From assembly GCA_965153285.1 (NCBI GenBank), contig OZ229113.1: a stretch of DNA of 64,000 nucleotides; one strand, 5' to 3'. The first letter of the stretch is position 1; the number at the start of each line of letters is the position of its first letter. The DNA is from Podarcis tiliguerta (lineage: Eukaryota). A program made the translations under genes and the position numbers. This document shows positions 62,960 to 64,000 of this stretch, piece after piece. A model generated the notes under the pieces. It saw nothing but the letters and a program-made list of their open reading frames with translations, was not told where the DNA came from and ran no database searches.

Positions 62960-63400
62960 ACCCTGATCTATTATTGATTATGTTTGCGCCTTGAGTCGTT
63001 TTCCTTTATTAGGCAGTTTATCACCATGCTACCTTTTTTCAGGGAGGAGGAGAAAATTTACGCTCCTGACCATAAATCATTTACAAGGCTGCTGGGCCAT
63101 TAATGTATTTTTTATGGCTCGGCAAAGAGAAAATAGGAACAAGCCCCCTGGCAGAGCCTTCCTGACCCGTTTCGATTCCCCGGCTTCTATCGCAGACCCT
63201 CCGATTCTGGGAGCGAGCAGATGCATCCTTCTGCAGAGATACTGGCAGTTTTCATCTCCCCAGAGGGTCTGCATTGCTGTGTCAGCAAAGGAGTGCATGC
63301 TGCCGCCGCTGCTGCTGCTGCCGCTGCTGCTGACTGCACTTGGCACCGATCCGCAACGCAGTGAATCTTTGCTGACTTGGCTCTGCTGAATGAATTTAAA
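62960..63400. promoter_or_regulatory. Candidate HOX/PBX-bound enhancer
   Basis: CCATAAATCA (reverse complement TGATTTATGG) at 63070-63079, TTTATGG at 63111-63117, CCATTAATG and TTTACG; locally CpG-retaining and TE-free. Confidence 0.45.
63299..63332. repeat. Imperfect (CTG/CCG)n repeat
   Basis: gctgccgccgctgctgctgctgccgctgctgctg. Confidence 0.9.
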
Positions 63401-63849
63401 CAGAGAAATTGGGGGTGGGAGGAGAGGTTTGAGAGTAAGTGGCATGAGCGGTAGCAGTGTTGCTGCTGCCTGCAGATCCCAAAGAGGAACTTTAATTAGG
63501 TTTCTGCCCTCTGTGCTTCTATGTTACTGATTTTTACTTGACTCTCTGCATTCTCTCCCATAACTCTGTCTTTCGGGGCTGGGCTGAGAAGGTAGTAGTG
63601 GTCATTAAGGTGAGTGAATGAAGAATGCAGTTAGGCATCTGGGGTTCAAATCTCATCTTGGCTCACGGGGTGTCCTTTGCATCAGGTTGCTCATCTGCAA
63701 AGTGGAGGAGATGTTGATGATGTTGTTGCAGAGTCTTTGGTTGTGGATGTTTCTGTGCAAGAGTGATTTTGCTTCTTATTACCTGAGTTAGCCTATTTGC
63801 ATGGAGTGCATCATTCATGGTCTGTGTTGGGCTAGAAAGACTGACATGG

Positions 63850-64000
63850 GAACATTAGAAAACTAGCTTGTACTGAGTCAGACCAGTTGTTGCCTTTAGC
63901 TCAGAATTGTCTACACTGACTGGAAATAGCTCTCTGGGGTTTCAAGTAGGGTTTCTTCCCAGACTTTTCTGGAGATGACTGGATTTAATATGGAACTTTT
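63850..64000 (-). mobile_element. tRNA-Ala-type SINE, cut by window end
   Basis: tactgagtcagacca...tagctcag..ttgtctacactgactgg..gctctctggggtttcaag...ctggagatg; same family as 11213 and 60361. Confidence 0.75.

Noticed and set aside
2850-63805. About eleven ATGCAAAT octamer motifs across the window
   Set aside because: Scattered rather than clustered; AT-richness and TG/CA excess from CpG decay could explain the count without a proper background model.

Overview
This is eukaryotic, AT-rich, CpG-depleted vertebrate DNA. The repeat content (Sauria SINE, Squam3-like CORE-SINE, tRNA-Ala-derived SINE, CR1, L2, RTE/RTE-X fragments, hAT and Tc1/mariner MITEs) points to a squamate reptile, probably a lacertid lizard. 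I recognise no host protein-coding exon. The only protein-like ORFs are decayed retrotransposon ORF2 pieces (L2 near 15 kb, RTE-X-like near 26.5 kb, CR1 near 2.2 and 42.3 kb). The window looks like a long intron or gene desert with several TE-free, homeobox-motif-rich blocks (candidate conserved enhancers) and one candidate internal promoter/first exon at about 22.2-22.85 kb. The most notable structures are: (1) a small palindromic Penelope-derived relic with two back-to-back decayed hammerhead-ribozyme motifs at 9.4 kb; (2) a 1.6-kb hAT-type element with a perfect 8-bp TSD whose interior is a ~1.5-kb imperfect fold-back at 39.2-40.8 kb; (3) a young Tc1/mariner MITE carrying a CpG-rich ~109-bp tandem array at 8.2-9.0 kb; (4) a nested TE cluster at 56-57 kb. 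Family names come from recognition of motifs, not from database searches. I found no convincing novel multi-gene system.
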